64,000 nt of DNA from the NCBI GenBank assembly GCA_965205265.1, contig CBDBGH010000003.1:1568001-1632000 (forward strand). The letters are read 5' to 3'. The notes under the pieces were generated by a model. The model was not told the origin of the DNA. It searched no databases and saw only the letters and a program-made list of their open reading frames with translations. The stretch comes from Alphaproteobacteria bacterium (GTDB taxonomy: Bacteria > Pseudomonadota > Alphaproteobacteria > Bin95). Both the position numbers and the translations under genes were made by a program. Shown here piece by piece: positions 55,012-64,000 of this stretch (the stretch's first letter is position 1; the number at the start of each line of letters is the position of its first letter).

Positions 55012-56350
55012 GCGCGCGGGCTTCTTTCGCCTGCTCGCGCGCCATTGCCGGGGCCTCGCCGGTGTAGCGGGCCGGGTCAAGCAGGGCGGCGATGCGCGGC
55101 GCGTCGAGATGGGCGGCAATTTGCGGGTCGGCGGCCAGCAGGTCGCGGAACCGGCCCTCGCCGCGCGCCGCCGCCTGCGCGGCCTCGTAGACGACATCGT
55201 GCGCCTCCTGCCGGCCGAGCGTCTCGCCGAGCGCCAGCATCAGCGGCTCCGCCATGATGAGGCCGTCGGAGAGGTCGAGATTGGCGCGCATCCGCTCCGG
55301 CTTGACCGTCAGCCCTTCCATTATGGCAACCAGGCGCGAGAGCATGTCGCCCGCCCCGATGCAGGCCTGCTCCAGCCCGCGCCGGATGAGCATGGAGGTC
55401 GCGCGGTCGGCCTCGTGCTCGGTCTGCATGCCCTCCAGCACGAGCGGCAGGGCAGCGCGAACCTGGGCTGCCGCCGCAACGACATCCTGGCTGAGAATCG
55501 GATTGCGCTTCTGCGGCATGGTGGATGAGCCGACCGTGCCGCGCGGCACCGGCTCCTCCAGCTCGCCGAACTCCTGCTTCATGCCGGTATAGACTTCGCG
55601 CCCGATCTTGGCCGAGGTCGATGCCAGAAGGGCCAGCATCGCCACATACTCACCGAAATGGTCGCCCTGGGTGCGGGACGGCACCGGCATCGAGTTCATC
55701 CCCAGGTGCGCGGCCATATGCTCCTGCACCTTGAAACCGTGCTCGCCGAAGGAGGCCAGCGTGCCCGCAGCGCCGCCCAGCATGGCGACAAAGGTGCGCC
55801 CTTCGAGGCCGCGCAGCCGCTCGACATGCCGGGCCATCTCGTCGATCCAGACCGCAACCTTGGCGCCGAATGTGGTCGGCACGGCGTGCTGGCCGTGCGT
55901 GCGGCCCGGCAGGGCGGCATCGGCCCAGTCTTCCGCGAGACCCGCCATCGCCTCGAGCAGGCGTCCGATCAGGTCCAGCAGTAGCTCGTGCGCTTCGCGA
56001 AGCAGCAGCAGGTCGCCCGTCTGCACGATGTTTTGCGTCGTGGCGCCCCAGTGCACATAGTTGCCGGCGTCGCCCTCGCAGATCTCCGAAAGCTCCCAGA
56101 CGAGCGGCACCAATTGATGGGCCGTTCGCCTGAACCCCTCGGCCAGCCGGTCCCGGTCGAACAGTTCCAGCTTCGCCTTGAACGCGATCTCATCGGCGGC
56201 CGCTTGCGGGATCATGCCGAGATCGGCCTCGGCGAGCGCCAGCGCCGCTTCCACATCGAGCCAGGCCTGCCATCGCGCCTCGATATGGAAGAGCGCGCGA
56301 ATGCCCGGGTCCGGGATGCGCAGGTCTGTCGGGTTGACGGTGGCGGTCAT
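54989..56350 (-). CDS. Adenylosuccinate lyase / carboxymuconate cycloisomerase family protein
   Basis: HWGATTQNI, GRTHGQ and GSSTMPQKRNP motifs. Confidence 0.9.
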   Translation of the reverse strand: MTATVNPTDLRIPDPGIRALFHIEARWQAWLDVEAALALAEADLGMIPQAAADEIAFKAKLELFDRDRLAEGFRRTAHQLVPLVWELSEICEGDAGNYVHWGATTQNIVQTGDLLLLREAHELLLDLIGRLLEAMAGLAEDWADAALPGRTHGQHAVPTTFGAKVAVWIDEMARHVERLRGLEGRTFVAMLGGAAGTLASFGEHGFKVQEHMAAHLGMNSMPVPSRTQGDHFGEYVAMLALLASTSAKIGREVYTGMKQEFGELEEPVPRGTVGSSTMPQKRNPILSQDVVAAAAQVRAALPLVLEGMQTEHEADRATSMLIRRGLEQACIGAGDMLSRLVAIMEGLTVKPERMRANLDLSDGLIMAEPLMLALGETLGRQEAHDVVYEAAQAAARGEGRFRDLLAADPQIAAHLDAPRIAALLDPARYTGEAPAMAREQAKEARALSRELQM

Positions 56351-56428
56351 CGCATGCCCCTTCGTTCAGCCGGGCCGGACGATGCGCTAGACTGTCCCGT
56401 GCGGCAAGCAGGGGAAGGCGGCGACGGC

Positions 56429-57235
56429 ATGACGCTCAAGGTGGGTATAGGTGGCTTCGGCACGATCGGCCGGCAGGTCGCCGCTACCATCGACGCAGGC
56501 ATCGAGGGACTGGTGCTCGCGGCGGTCTCGGCGCGGGACGAAGCGCGCGCCAGGGCGAGGCAGGCGGATTTCCGCTCGCCCGCGCCGGTCGTTCCGCTCG
56601 GAGACCTCGCGGCCTGCTCCGACCTCGTGCTCGAATGCGCGCCGGCCGCCGTCTTCGAAGAGGTTGCCTTGCCCGCCGTCGAACGGGGGCGGATTTTCAT
56701 GCCGACCAGCGTCGGCGCCCTGCTGCCGCGGATGGATCTGGTAGAGCGGGCCAAGGAGACCGGCGCGCGGATCGTGGTGCCGACCGGCGCGCTTCTCGGC
56801 CTCGATGCCGTCCGCGCAGCGGCGGAGGGAACCATCCACCGCGTCACGATGGTCACGCGGAAACCGCCCGGCGGACTCGCCGGCGCGCCTCATCTGGTCG
56901 AGAACGGGATCGAAGTGGACGGCCTGACGGAGGCGAAATGCGTCTTCAAGGGCAGCGCCCGGGACGGCGCGCGGGGCTTTCCCGCCAACGTCAATGTGGC
57001 CGCTGCGCTGTCGCTCGCCGGCATCGGCCCCGACCGCACCGAGCTGGAAATCTGGGCGGACCCGGCCGTGGACCGCAATCAGCACAGGATCGAGGTCGAG
57101 GCCGAAGCGGTGCGCTTTACGCTGGAGATCGCAGGGGTTCCTTCGGAGGAAAATCCCCGAACGGGAAAAATAGTCGCCCCGAGCGTGATCGCCTGCCTGA
57201 AGAGCCTGACGCAAACGCTCAGGGTCGGGACCTGA
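56429..57235 (+). CDS. Aspartate dehydrogenase (NadX-like)
   Basis: GFGTIG, SVGAL, GLDAV, FPANVNVA and NPRT motifs. Confidence 0.88.
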   Translation: MTLKVGIGGFGTIGRQVAATIDAGIEGLVLAAVSARDEARARARQADFRSPAPVVPLGDLAACSDLVLECAPAAVFEEVALPAVERGRIFMPTSVGALLPRMDLVERAKETGARIVVPTGALLGLDAVRAAAEGTIHRVTMVTRKPPGGLAGAPHLVENGIEVDGLTEAKCVFKGSARDGARGFPANVNVAAALSLAGIGPDRTELEIWADPAVDRNQHRIEVEAEAVRFTLEIAGVPSEENPRTGKIVAPSVIACLKSLTQTLRVGT

Positions 57236-57250
57236 CGCCGAAGCGGCAGG

Positions 57251-60200
57251 CTATCGGTCGGGACTGCCGACAGGGTCCTCGTCCGGGTCCCAGTCGCGCC
57301 CTTCCGCACCGAGAAGAGGCCCGAACAGGCCGCGAAGGAAACCGGGAGCAAGAACCGAGAGCGGATTCACCGTGGTCTTCGGGTCGTCTGCGGGGCCCGT
57401 CATTTCGTAGTTCGCGGCGAACAGCCCTTCGCCGCCTCCCGTCAGGAGGTCCCCGAGCACGGGAATTTTTCTAAGCACCCGGCTCACGTAATAGACGGGC
57501 ACCAGCACGCCGTTGAGAGCCACGGTCTCCCGGTCCCGGTCGAATTCGCCGCGAAATGTCACGCCGATGGAATTGCCGAAGGCTCGCCCCGGACCCAGAC
57601 GGATCCGGTCGGTCCGTATCCTGAACGGCGTCTCCAGACGTTCGAACTGGAGGCCTGCATCGCTCGACAGGGCGTCGCCGATGCCGGTGAGCGACGCCGC
57701 TGCGAGGAGGCGGGTCAGAACCGGCGCATCCTTTATCCGGAAATGCTTGATGACCAGAGAGCCCCGATAGCGCTCCTCCGCCGCAGCGGAGCTCTCGGCA
57801 GTCAGGCGCAGCAGGCCGCCCCGCATATTGTCGTACCAGCCGAGCGCGGAGAGCAGCGCGCCCGTATCCTCCGCATCGATCCTCAATGCGGCCTTGTCTC
57901 CGTCCGGCTGAATGGAGAGCGACACCGCCCGCCCATCGGCCGTCCGGGCATTCGCCGCAGCGTCCGATATCCGCCCCCCTTCCAGCCCGATACCGGCGGC
58001 GAAGCCGTGCAGCGGCGCATCGCCCCCGAGCCAGGCGCGATCCGCATCCAGGCGGATGTCCAGGCGGTCGAGGCCCCCTTGCCCGGCCCGCTCGCCGCCC
58101 GCGCCGTCCAGAAAGGGCGACAGATCGACACTCGGTCCGTTCGCCCCGATCGAGACCGTGCCGTCCGGCCGCGGCTCGACGCGGACGGCGAGATCGGTTC
58201 GCTCTCCGATCCGCAGCCGGTCCAGCGAGCCTTCCAAGAGCCTCGCGCCTGCGAGATCGAAGAGGCCGCGGCCGACGAATTCGAGTCCCGGCCCGGCGGC
58301 GGCGATCGACGATGCTTCGAGCAGTCCGTCCGGCCTGGTGCGAACGCTTGCTTCCAGCCAGGCAGGCTCGCCGGTGGCCTTCGTCCAGCGGAGACGCTCC
58401 AGTTGAATTTCTGTGGCCCCGAGGCCCGCCTTCAGCTTGAGTTCGATTGCGTTGTCCCGGTTTTCCGTTGCCGTCAGATCGATCTCGACGGGTCCGCTCG
58501 CATAAGGAGCCAGGCGGATGCCGAGACGCGCCTGTCCGTCGTCATCGAACGTCGTGCGCAGCCTGTAGATGGCTTCAACCGGGTCTTTGACCGAAAACCG
58601 CTGCTCGAAATCGAATGTCGCCGGCTGCCCGCCGAGCAGGCCGCCTCCCGAAACGGCGAACTGCTTCTTGTCCGCCTTTACATCGATGCGGGCGTCTTCG
58701 AGGTTCGTCTTGAGCGCAGCGACCGGCAGACGCGCATCGACGACATCTCCTTCCGCTTCCAGCGCGACATCGTCGAGCGCCAGCGAGGCGAGCAGCGGCA
58801 GGCCGACCCGGAGGCGGAACGCCGCATGGCCGCCGAGCGCCGCGGGGTCCATTCCGAGATAGCGGGCGTATCCGAGCGGTTCGCGGTCGAGAACTTCCAG
58901 GATATGGCTCAACGGTCCCTCGAACCCGACATCCGCCGCCAGTCTGGAAGGCGGCGTCTCGCGGTCCAGCCCCAGAAAGTCCACCGCGGCGCCCGCAACC
59001 GCGATGTCCCGGTATTTGCCGCCGGACAATGCCAGCCTGAACGACTGCGAATCGAAAACCGCCTTGCCGCCAATGTCCTCGAACGGCGGCAGCGGATGCC
59101 AGTAGCGCGCCGTAACGCCGGAAAAGGACACGCTGCCCTCGATTGCCGGGGACCCGGACACGAGGCCGGATTCGGGGGCGATTTCGGCATCGACAACGAT
59201 CCGGGCCTTGTCCACCAGGCCCTTGCTCAAATTGGAAAGCACCCACTGGCGGGGGCCGGGGGCTCCGGTATCCGGGGGCCACAGGAGCCGGAGATCGTCC
59301 ACCGGAATCGCAACAGCCTCGCCCTCCAGATGCACTTGCCATCCGGTTTCGCCCCGCTTGCCGCTGCCGCTGGCCCCGATGCTGCCGCGGCCCAGCTCCA
59401 GGTTCAGCGATTCGACCAGTATCTGCCCCGCCGCCAGATCGGCCTGAACGAGGGCGCTGCCGCTCTCCAGGGCAACGGCTTCCGATTGCGGACCGGCGAG
59501 ATGCAGTTTGCCGGCGCCGAGCGTCAGCCCCAGGTCCAGGGTCAGAGGCCGGAAGTCCGGGTCGAGCGTCCATGCCACGGTGCCTGAAACGGGCGCGTCC
59601 AATGCCGCCGCAGCGGCGAGGCGCGGCGGCAGCAGCGGCGCCAGCAGGGCGGGCGGCAGGTCCTCCAGATGCGTAAAGGCGGAAACCGCCCCGGCCTGCC
59701 GCGCGCCCCCGCCCGACAGGCGCGCCGTATGGCCGAGCGCCTCGATTTCGACAGTCTCGATCTCAAGCCGCGTGAGGCCGTCTATGGCGCGGGCCTGTAT
59801 GACGAGCCCGTCCACCGGGACGCCGCGTCCGGCGTCCTGCGGGTCGGTGACGGCCCCGCCGGCTCCCTGCAGGTCCGCTTCGAGCGCGCTGACAGCGTAG
59901 TCCGGCGCAAGATGGACGCCGACGCTGCCGCTGAGCGGCGTGGACAGGTAGCCGAGCCATCCCAGCACGGGATGGAGTCCGGCGATGTCCCGAGGACGCA
60001 ATCCGTGCAGCCGGGCCGAAAGCGACGGCCCGCCGGCGTTTCCCGACTGAGAAAGCGTGAACCCGATGTCCGTTTCCGCCTCCCCGAGGCGGAGGGACGC
60101 CGTGCCTTCCGCGACCGTTCCCTCATCGCCGCCGCGCAAGGCCAGATCGAGCTGCGGCACGCTCCACTCCATTCCCATGACGTCATCGACGACCGCCAGG

Positions 60201-60724
60201 GCCGCCCCGCGCACGCCGAAACCCGCAAAACCGGCTCCGCCGCCATTCGTGCTTGCGGCGAGCAGTCCGCCGAGATCGATTTCCTGCGGTCCGCCTTCCG
60301 TTCCCGCGTTCGCCGCGGCGAGGAGGCCGATCGTGCCGTCGGTCCGCCGGCGCACCGTGGCGCTGACGCCGAGCAGTTCGACTTCCCTCGGCACGACCCG
60401 GCCTCTCAGGACATCGCTTGCGCTCAGGGCGAATTCCAGCCCCTGCGTCTCGACCAACGGCCTGCCTTCGAGGGTCACCAGCCGCGCGTCCGAGACCTTG
60501 AAGCGCAGCTGCCGGTTCCAGCCTGCCCATGCGACCTCGACCGCTTCCATTTCCACCCTGTAACCGGCCTCGGGACGGGAAAGCGCCGCCTCGACGCGCG
60601 GCGCCAGCAAGGCGAGGTTCACCGGCCCCTGGGACAGCCGCCAGACGGCGACAGCCGCCAGCGCGGAAACGAAGACCGCGAGGACCGCCAATATCCGCAG
60701 GACATGCCGAGGCCTTACCCGCAA
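57251..60724 (-). CDS. AsmA-like / YhdP (DUF3971) envelope-spanning protein
   Basis: N-terminal membrane anchor with RL..GP, a long beta-rich body, and C-terminal IPVLG.LL.G.GEG....VNPLS.LAPG.LR. Confidence 0.85.
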   Translation of the reverse strand: MRVRPRHVLRILAVLAVFVSALAAVAVWRLSQGPVNLALLAPRVEAALSRPEAGYRVEMEAVEVAWAGWNRQLRFKVSDARLVTLEGRPLVETQGLEFALSASDVLRGRVVPREVELLGVSATVRRRTDGTIGLLAAANAGTEGGPQEIDLGGLLAASTNGGGAGFAGFGVRGAALAVVDDVMGMEWSVPQLDLALRGGDEGTVAEGTASLRLGEAETDIGFTLSQSGNAGGPSLSARLHGLRPRDIAGLHPVLGWLGYLSTPLSGSVGVHLAPDYAVSALEADLQGAGGAVTDPQDAGRGVPVDGLVIQARAIDGLTRLEIETVEIEALGHTARLSGGGARQAGAVSAFTHLEDLPPALLAPLLPPRLAAAAALDAPVSGTVAWTLDPDFRPLTLDLGLTLGAGKLHLAGPQSEAVALESGSALVQADLAAGQILVESLNLELGRGSIGASGSGKRGETGWQVHLEGEAVAIPVDDLRLLWPPDTGAPGPRQWVLSNLSKGLVDKARIVVDAEIAPESGLVSGSPAIEGSVSFSGVTARYWHPLPPFEDIGGKAVFDSQSFRLALSGGKYRDIAVAGAAVDFLGLDRETPPSRLAADVGFEGPLSHILEVLDREPLGYARYLGMDPAALGGHAAFRLRVGLPLLASLALDDVALEAEGDVVDARLPVAALKTNLEDARIDVKADKKQFAVSGGGLLGGQPATFDFEQRFSVKDPVEAIYRLRTTFDDDGQARLGIRLAPYASGPVEIDLTATENRDNAIELKLKAGLGATEIQLERLRWTKATGEPAWLEASVRTRPDGLLEASSIAAAGPGLEFVGRGLFDLAGARLLEGSLDRLRIGERTDLAVRVEPRPDGTVSIGANGPSVDLSPFLDGAGGERAGQGGLDRLDIRLDADRAWLGGDAPLHGFAAGIGLEGGRISDAAANARTADGRAVSLSIQPDGDKAALRIDAEDTGALLSALGWYDNMRGGLLRLTAESSAAAEERYRGSLVIKHFRIKDAPVLTRLLAAASLTGIGDALSSDAGLQFERLETPFRIRTDRIRLGPGRAFGNSIGVTFRGEFDRDRETVALNGVLVPVYYVSRVLRKIPVLGDLLTGGGEGLFAANYEMTGPADDPKTTVNPLSVLAPGFLRGLFGPLLGAEGRDWDPDEDPVGSPDR

Positions 60725-60773
60725 TTATCCGCTCCGCTTGACCGTCCCTCACTATATGGGACCAATGGGAACG

Positions 60774-63611
60774 ATGACGACAGCCGAGAACCGCCCTCTT
60801 CCGGCCGACCCCGAATTGGCCGCCCGCCGTCTGGAGGACTGGCAGGCGCAGATCGGGTCGCTGGACCGCGACAGCCCGCGAGGCCGCGCAATCCGGGCGG
60901 TGCTGGGGTCCAGCCCGTTCCTTGCCGATTGCCTGCTGAGGTTCCCCGATTTTTCCCGGGACCTTGCCGCCGAAGGGCCTGACGGGCCGCTGGAGGCGCT
61001 GTTTGCGCGACTCCGGGAGCTTCCGGCCGATTGCGACAGTGCCGGCTGGATGCGGATCTTCCGGGAGGAACGCGCCCGGCTTGCAGCGGCGGTCGCCATC
61101 GCCGATGTCGCCGGCGAATGGACGCTGGAACAAGTCACCGGAACGCTGAGCTCGTTTGCGGCTGCCGCCCTCGACGCGGCCGTTCGCCACCTGCTCGCCA
61201 CCGGACGCGAATACACCGGCGCCGGGCCGGACGGTTCGGGCATAATCGTTCTCGGCATGGGCAAGCTCGGCGCCGCCGAGCTCAACTATTCGAGCGACAT
61301 CGACATCGTGCTGATCTACGACGATGCGGCTCTGCCCGTGCGGCGGCGGGACCGGACCGGCCAGACGATGGTGCGGTTCGCCCGAGACCTCGTCCGCCTG
61401 CTGCAGGAGCGCACCGCCGACGGCTATGTGCAACGGGTCGATCTGCGGCTTCGCCCCGATCCGGCCTCGACGCCGCTGGCTGTGCCCCTTCGGGCCGCCG
61501 AGGCCTATTACGAGAGCATGGGGCAGAACTGGGAACGGGCCGCCATGCTGAAAGCCCGCCCTGTGGCCGGCGATCTCGCCGCCGGGCAGGCCTTCCTGGA
61601 CTATATCCGCCCGTTTATCTGGCGGCGCAGCCTCGACTTCTGGGCCATACAGGACATCCATTCCATCAAGCGCCAGATCCACGCCCATCGCGGCCATGAC
61701 CGGCTCGCGGTCGCCGGGCACAATGTAAAGCTCGGGCGCGGCGGCATCCGCGAGATCGAGTTCTATGTGCAGACGCAGCAATTGATCTGGGGCGGCCGCG
61801 ATGTGAGCCTGCGCGCGCGCCCGACCTGCGCGGCGCTGGAGGCGCTGGTCGCGGCGGGCCATGTCGAGCGCGGCGCGGCCGACAGCCTGCGGGACGCCTA
61901 CAGGTTCCTGCGCGGCGTCGAGCACCGCATCCAGATGATCGACGACCGGCAGACCCATGAACTGCCGGATGCGGGCGGCCTTGCCGGCTTCGCGCGCTTC
62001 ATGGGTTACGGCGGGCAGGACGCCTTTGCGCCTGTGCTGCTGGGCCACCTGGACAAGGTCCGGCGGCTCTACGACAGCCTGTTCTCCGAGGCGGACACGC
62101 TGGCCGAGCCGGGCAATCTGGTGTTCACCGGCACCGACCCCGACCCGGGCACGACAACGACGCTTGCGGAACTGGGCTTTCGCAATCCGCAGCGGGTTTT
62201 CGAAATCGTCCGCGCCTGGCATTCCGGTTCGATACGGGCGACCCGAAGCGCCAGGGCGCGGGAAATCCTTACGGAACTGGTGCCGAGCCTGCTCAAGTCC
62301 CTTGCCGGCGCGCGCGAGCCGGACCGCGTGCTGGTGGATTTCGACCGCTTCCTGGCCCGTCTGCCGCTCGGCGTTCCCGTCTTCGCGATGTTCCAGACCA
62401 ATCCGCAGCTCATCGACCTCGTTGCGGAAGTGCTCGGCAACTCGCCCTTCCTCGCGGAGCACATGACCCATCATCCGGGCGTGCTCGAAGGCATACTGGC
62501 GGGCGGCGCGGCACTGGACGGCCGGGTGCGCCAGGACCTTCACAGCGCGCTCCGGGTTGCCCGAACCTACCAGGATGTCCTCGACATCGTCCGGCGCTGG
62601 GCGAACGACGCCCGTTTCGATACGGGTCTCGGCCTGCTCCAGGGCCGGCGCAGTCCACGGCAGTCCGGGGCCAGCCTTTCCGAAATCGCGGATGCCACGG
62701 TGGAGGCGCTGCTGACGGCGACGCTGGAAGAGTTCAGGGAACGGCACGGCGGCTTCCCGGACAGCAGCTTCGCCATTCTGGCCTATGGCAAATGGGGAAG
62801 CGGAGACCTGACGCTCGGCTCCGACCTCGATATGGTCGCCGTCTATGACGCGCCTCAAAAGGTAACGCATTCGGATGGCCCGAAACCTTTATGGGCTTCG
62901 ACTTATTTCAATCGCCTGATGCAACGCCTGCAAACGGCGATTACGGCCCAGACGGGAGAAGGGCGGCTCTTCGAGATCGATTTGCGTCTCCGTCCTTCCG
63001 GAAATGACGGGCCTCTGGCCATCCATATCGACGGGTTCGAGCGCTACCAGAAGGAGGATGCCTGGACCTGGGAGCACATGGCGCTGGTCCGGTCCCGCGT
63101 CGCCGTCGGACCGCCGGAATTGGCGGCGCGGCTGGACGCCATACGCATGGAAGTCCTGGCGCAGCCGCGCAGCGGCCTGCGCGAAGCCGTCCGCGACATG
63201 CGGGCGAAGATGGCGGCAGGGCGCAAGACCGGCGAGCCTTTCGACCTCAAGCACCGTCCCGGCGGCCTCATCGACCTGGAATTCCTGGCGCAATACCTGG
63301 TGCTGAACCATGCAGCCGCGCACCCGCCGATTGCGGAACGCTCCGCAGCGGCGGTCTTCCGCGCGGCACAAGCGGCCGGGCTGGCGAGCGGCCCCGCATC
63401 CTGGGAAGAACTGGCTGAAACGGCGGCGCGACTCGCGGACCTGCAGGCCCTTTTCCGGCTGTCGGGCGAAGCGCCGCCGGAGCACATGCCGGCACTGGCC
63501 CGCCTGGCGGCGGAACGATGCGGCTGTCCGGATTTCGCGGGCGTCTGCGAGCGGATCGAGCAGGACGGCGTCCTGACGCGCCGGTTCTTCGAACACCACC
63601 TAGCATGCTGA
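60774..63611 (+). CDS. glnE: Bifunctional glutamine synthetase adenylyltransferase/deadenylylase
   Basis: Two nucleotidyltransferase motifs (MGKLG..ELNYSSDID, YGKWG..DL..GSDLD) and DLRLRP twice. Start uncertain (60756, 60765 or 60774). Confidence 0.94.
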   Translation: MTTAENRPLPADPELAARRLEDWQAQIGSLDRDSPRGRAIRAVLGSSPFLADCLLRFPDFSRDLAAEGPDGPLEALFARLRELPADCDSAGWMRIFREERARLAAAVAIADVAGEWTLEQVTGTLSSFAAAALDAAVRHLLATGREYTGAGPDGSGIIVLGMGKLGAAELNYSSDIDIVLIYDDAALPVRRRDRTGQTMVRFARDLVRLLQERTADGYVQRVDLRLRPDPASTPLAVPLRAAEAYYESMGQNWERAAMLKARPVAGDLAAGQAFLDYIRPFIWRRSLDFWAIQDIHSIKRQIHAHRGHDRLAVAGHNVKLGRGGIREIEFYVQTQQLIWGGRDVSLRARPTCAALEALVAAGHVERGAADSLRDAYRFLRGVEHRIQMIDDRQTHELPDAGGLAGFARFMGYGGQDAFAPVLLGHLDKVRRLYDSLFSEADTLAEPGNLVFTGTDPDPGTTTTLAELGFRNPQRVFEIVRAWHSGSIRATRSARAREILTELVPSLLKSLAGAREPDRVLVDFDRFLARLPLGVPVFAMFQTNPQLIDLVAEVLGNSPFLAEHMTHHPGVLEGILAGGAALDGRVRQDLHSALRVARTYQDVLDIVRRWANDARFDTGLGLLQGRRSPRQSGASLSEIADATVEALLTATLEEFRERHGGFPDSSFAILAYGKWGSGDLTLGSDLDMVAVYDAPQKVTHSDGPKPLWASTYFNRLMQRLQTAITAQTGEGRLFEIDLRLRPSGNDGPLAIHIDGFERYQKEDAWTWEHMALVRSRVAVGPPELAARLDAIRMEVLAQPRSGLREAVRDMRAKMAAGRKTGEPFDLKHRPGGLIDLEFLAQYLVLNHAAAHPPIAERSAAAVFRAAQAAGLASGPASWEELAETAARLADLQALFRLSGEAPPEHMPALARLAAERCGCPDFAGVCERIEQDGVLTRRFFEHHLAC

Positions 63612-63702
63612 CCGGGACGTTGGAGCGATGCACGCCATGTCCCTTTCCGCCATCTCCGTTCCTCTCATACCCGGCCCCTACCCGTCATGCCCGGACTTGT
63701 TC

Positions 63703-64000
63703 CATTGCTGTCCGGTTTAGCCATTGGGCGAGGCTGAACGGGAGTCCGCCTGGGGTTTCGGGGGCGCGCGGCGTCTGCGATCCGCCCCTTGCCCGTGAGG
63801 CCCGAATGCCCCCTTCGACAGGCTCAGGGCAGACTCTTTCGTCATACCCGGACTTGTTCCACTGCTGTCCGGTTCAGCCGTCGGGCAAAGCCGGGCGGGC
63901 CTCGGTCGGGTTTTCGGGGGCGCGCGGCGTCCCCGGTCGGCCTCCTGTCCGTCATGCCCGAACGCCCCCCTTCGACAGGCTCAGGGCAGGCTCTTTCGTC
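63703..64000. mobile_element. MITE-1 copy inserted in a REP arm, with a further MITE-1 copy nested from 63860 (both run off the window)
   Basis: CGTCATGCCCGGACTTGTTC|CATTGCTGTCCGGTTTAG at 63683-63720 and CGTCATACCCGGACTTGTTC|CACTGCTGTCCGGTTCAG at 63840-63877. Colinear with 20673-20829. Confidence 0.85.

Noticed and set aside
60737-60757. CTTGAC...CTATAT promoter upstream of glnE
   Set aside because: The two boxes are only 9 nt apart, which is incompatible with sigma70 spacing.

Overview
High-GC alphaproteobacterial chromosome segment, mostly housekeeping. Core genes include purEK, rpsU, the lptFG-surA-pdxA-rsmA cluster (without lptD), pepA, holC, ndk, dapA-smpB, trpS-nth, clpSA and glnE. There is also a TPP-riboswitch-controlled thiamine-precursor ABC transporter and tRNA-Gly(GCC). 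The accessory content comprises three toxin-antitoxin modules: a VapBC pair, a VapC with an unusually long partner, and an Xre/RES pair with a frameshifted toxin. A three-level IS nest (IS630 > IS1634 > IS21) splits a sigma70-like promoter. The most striking signal is non-coding. CGTC-tagged REP-like palindromes are used as landing pads by two different ~360-bp MITE families with IS4-like ends. One family carries a copy of its own target and so nests inside itself. Separately, a ~400-bp structured element preceded by a promoter-like motif, with a 31-codon ORF, occurs twice. All calls come from reading the sequence by eye; no database searches were run.
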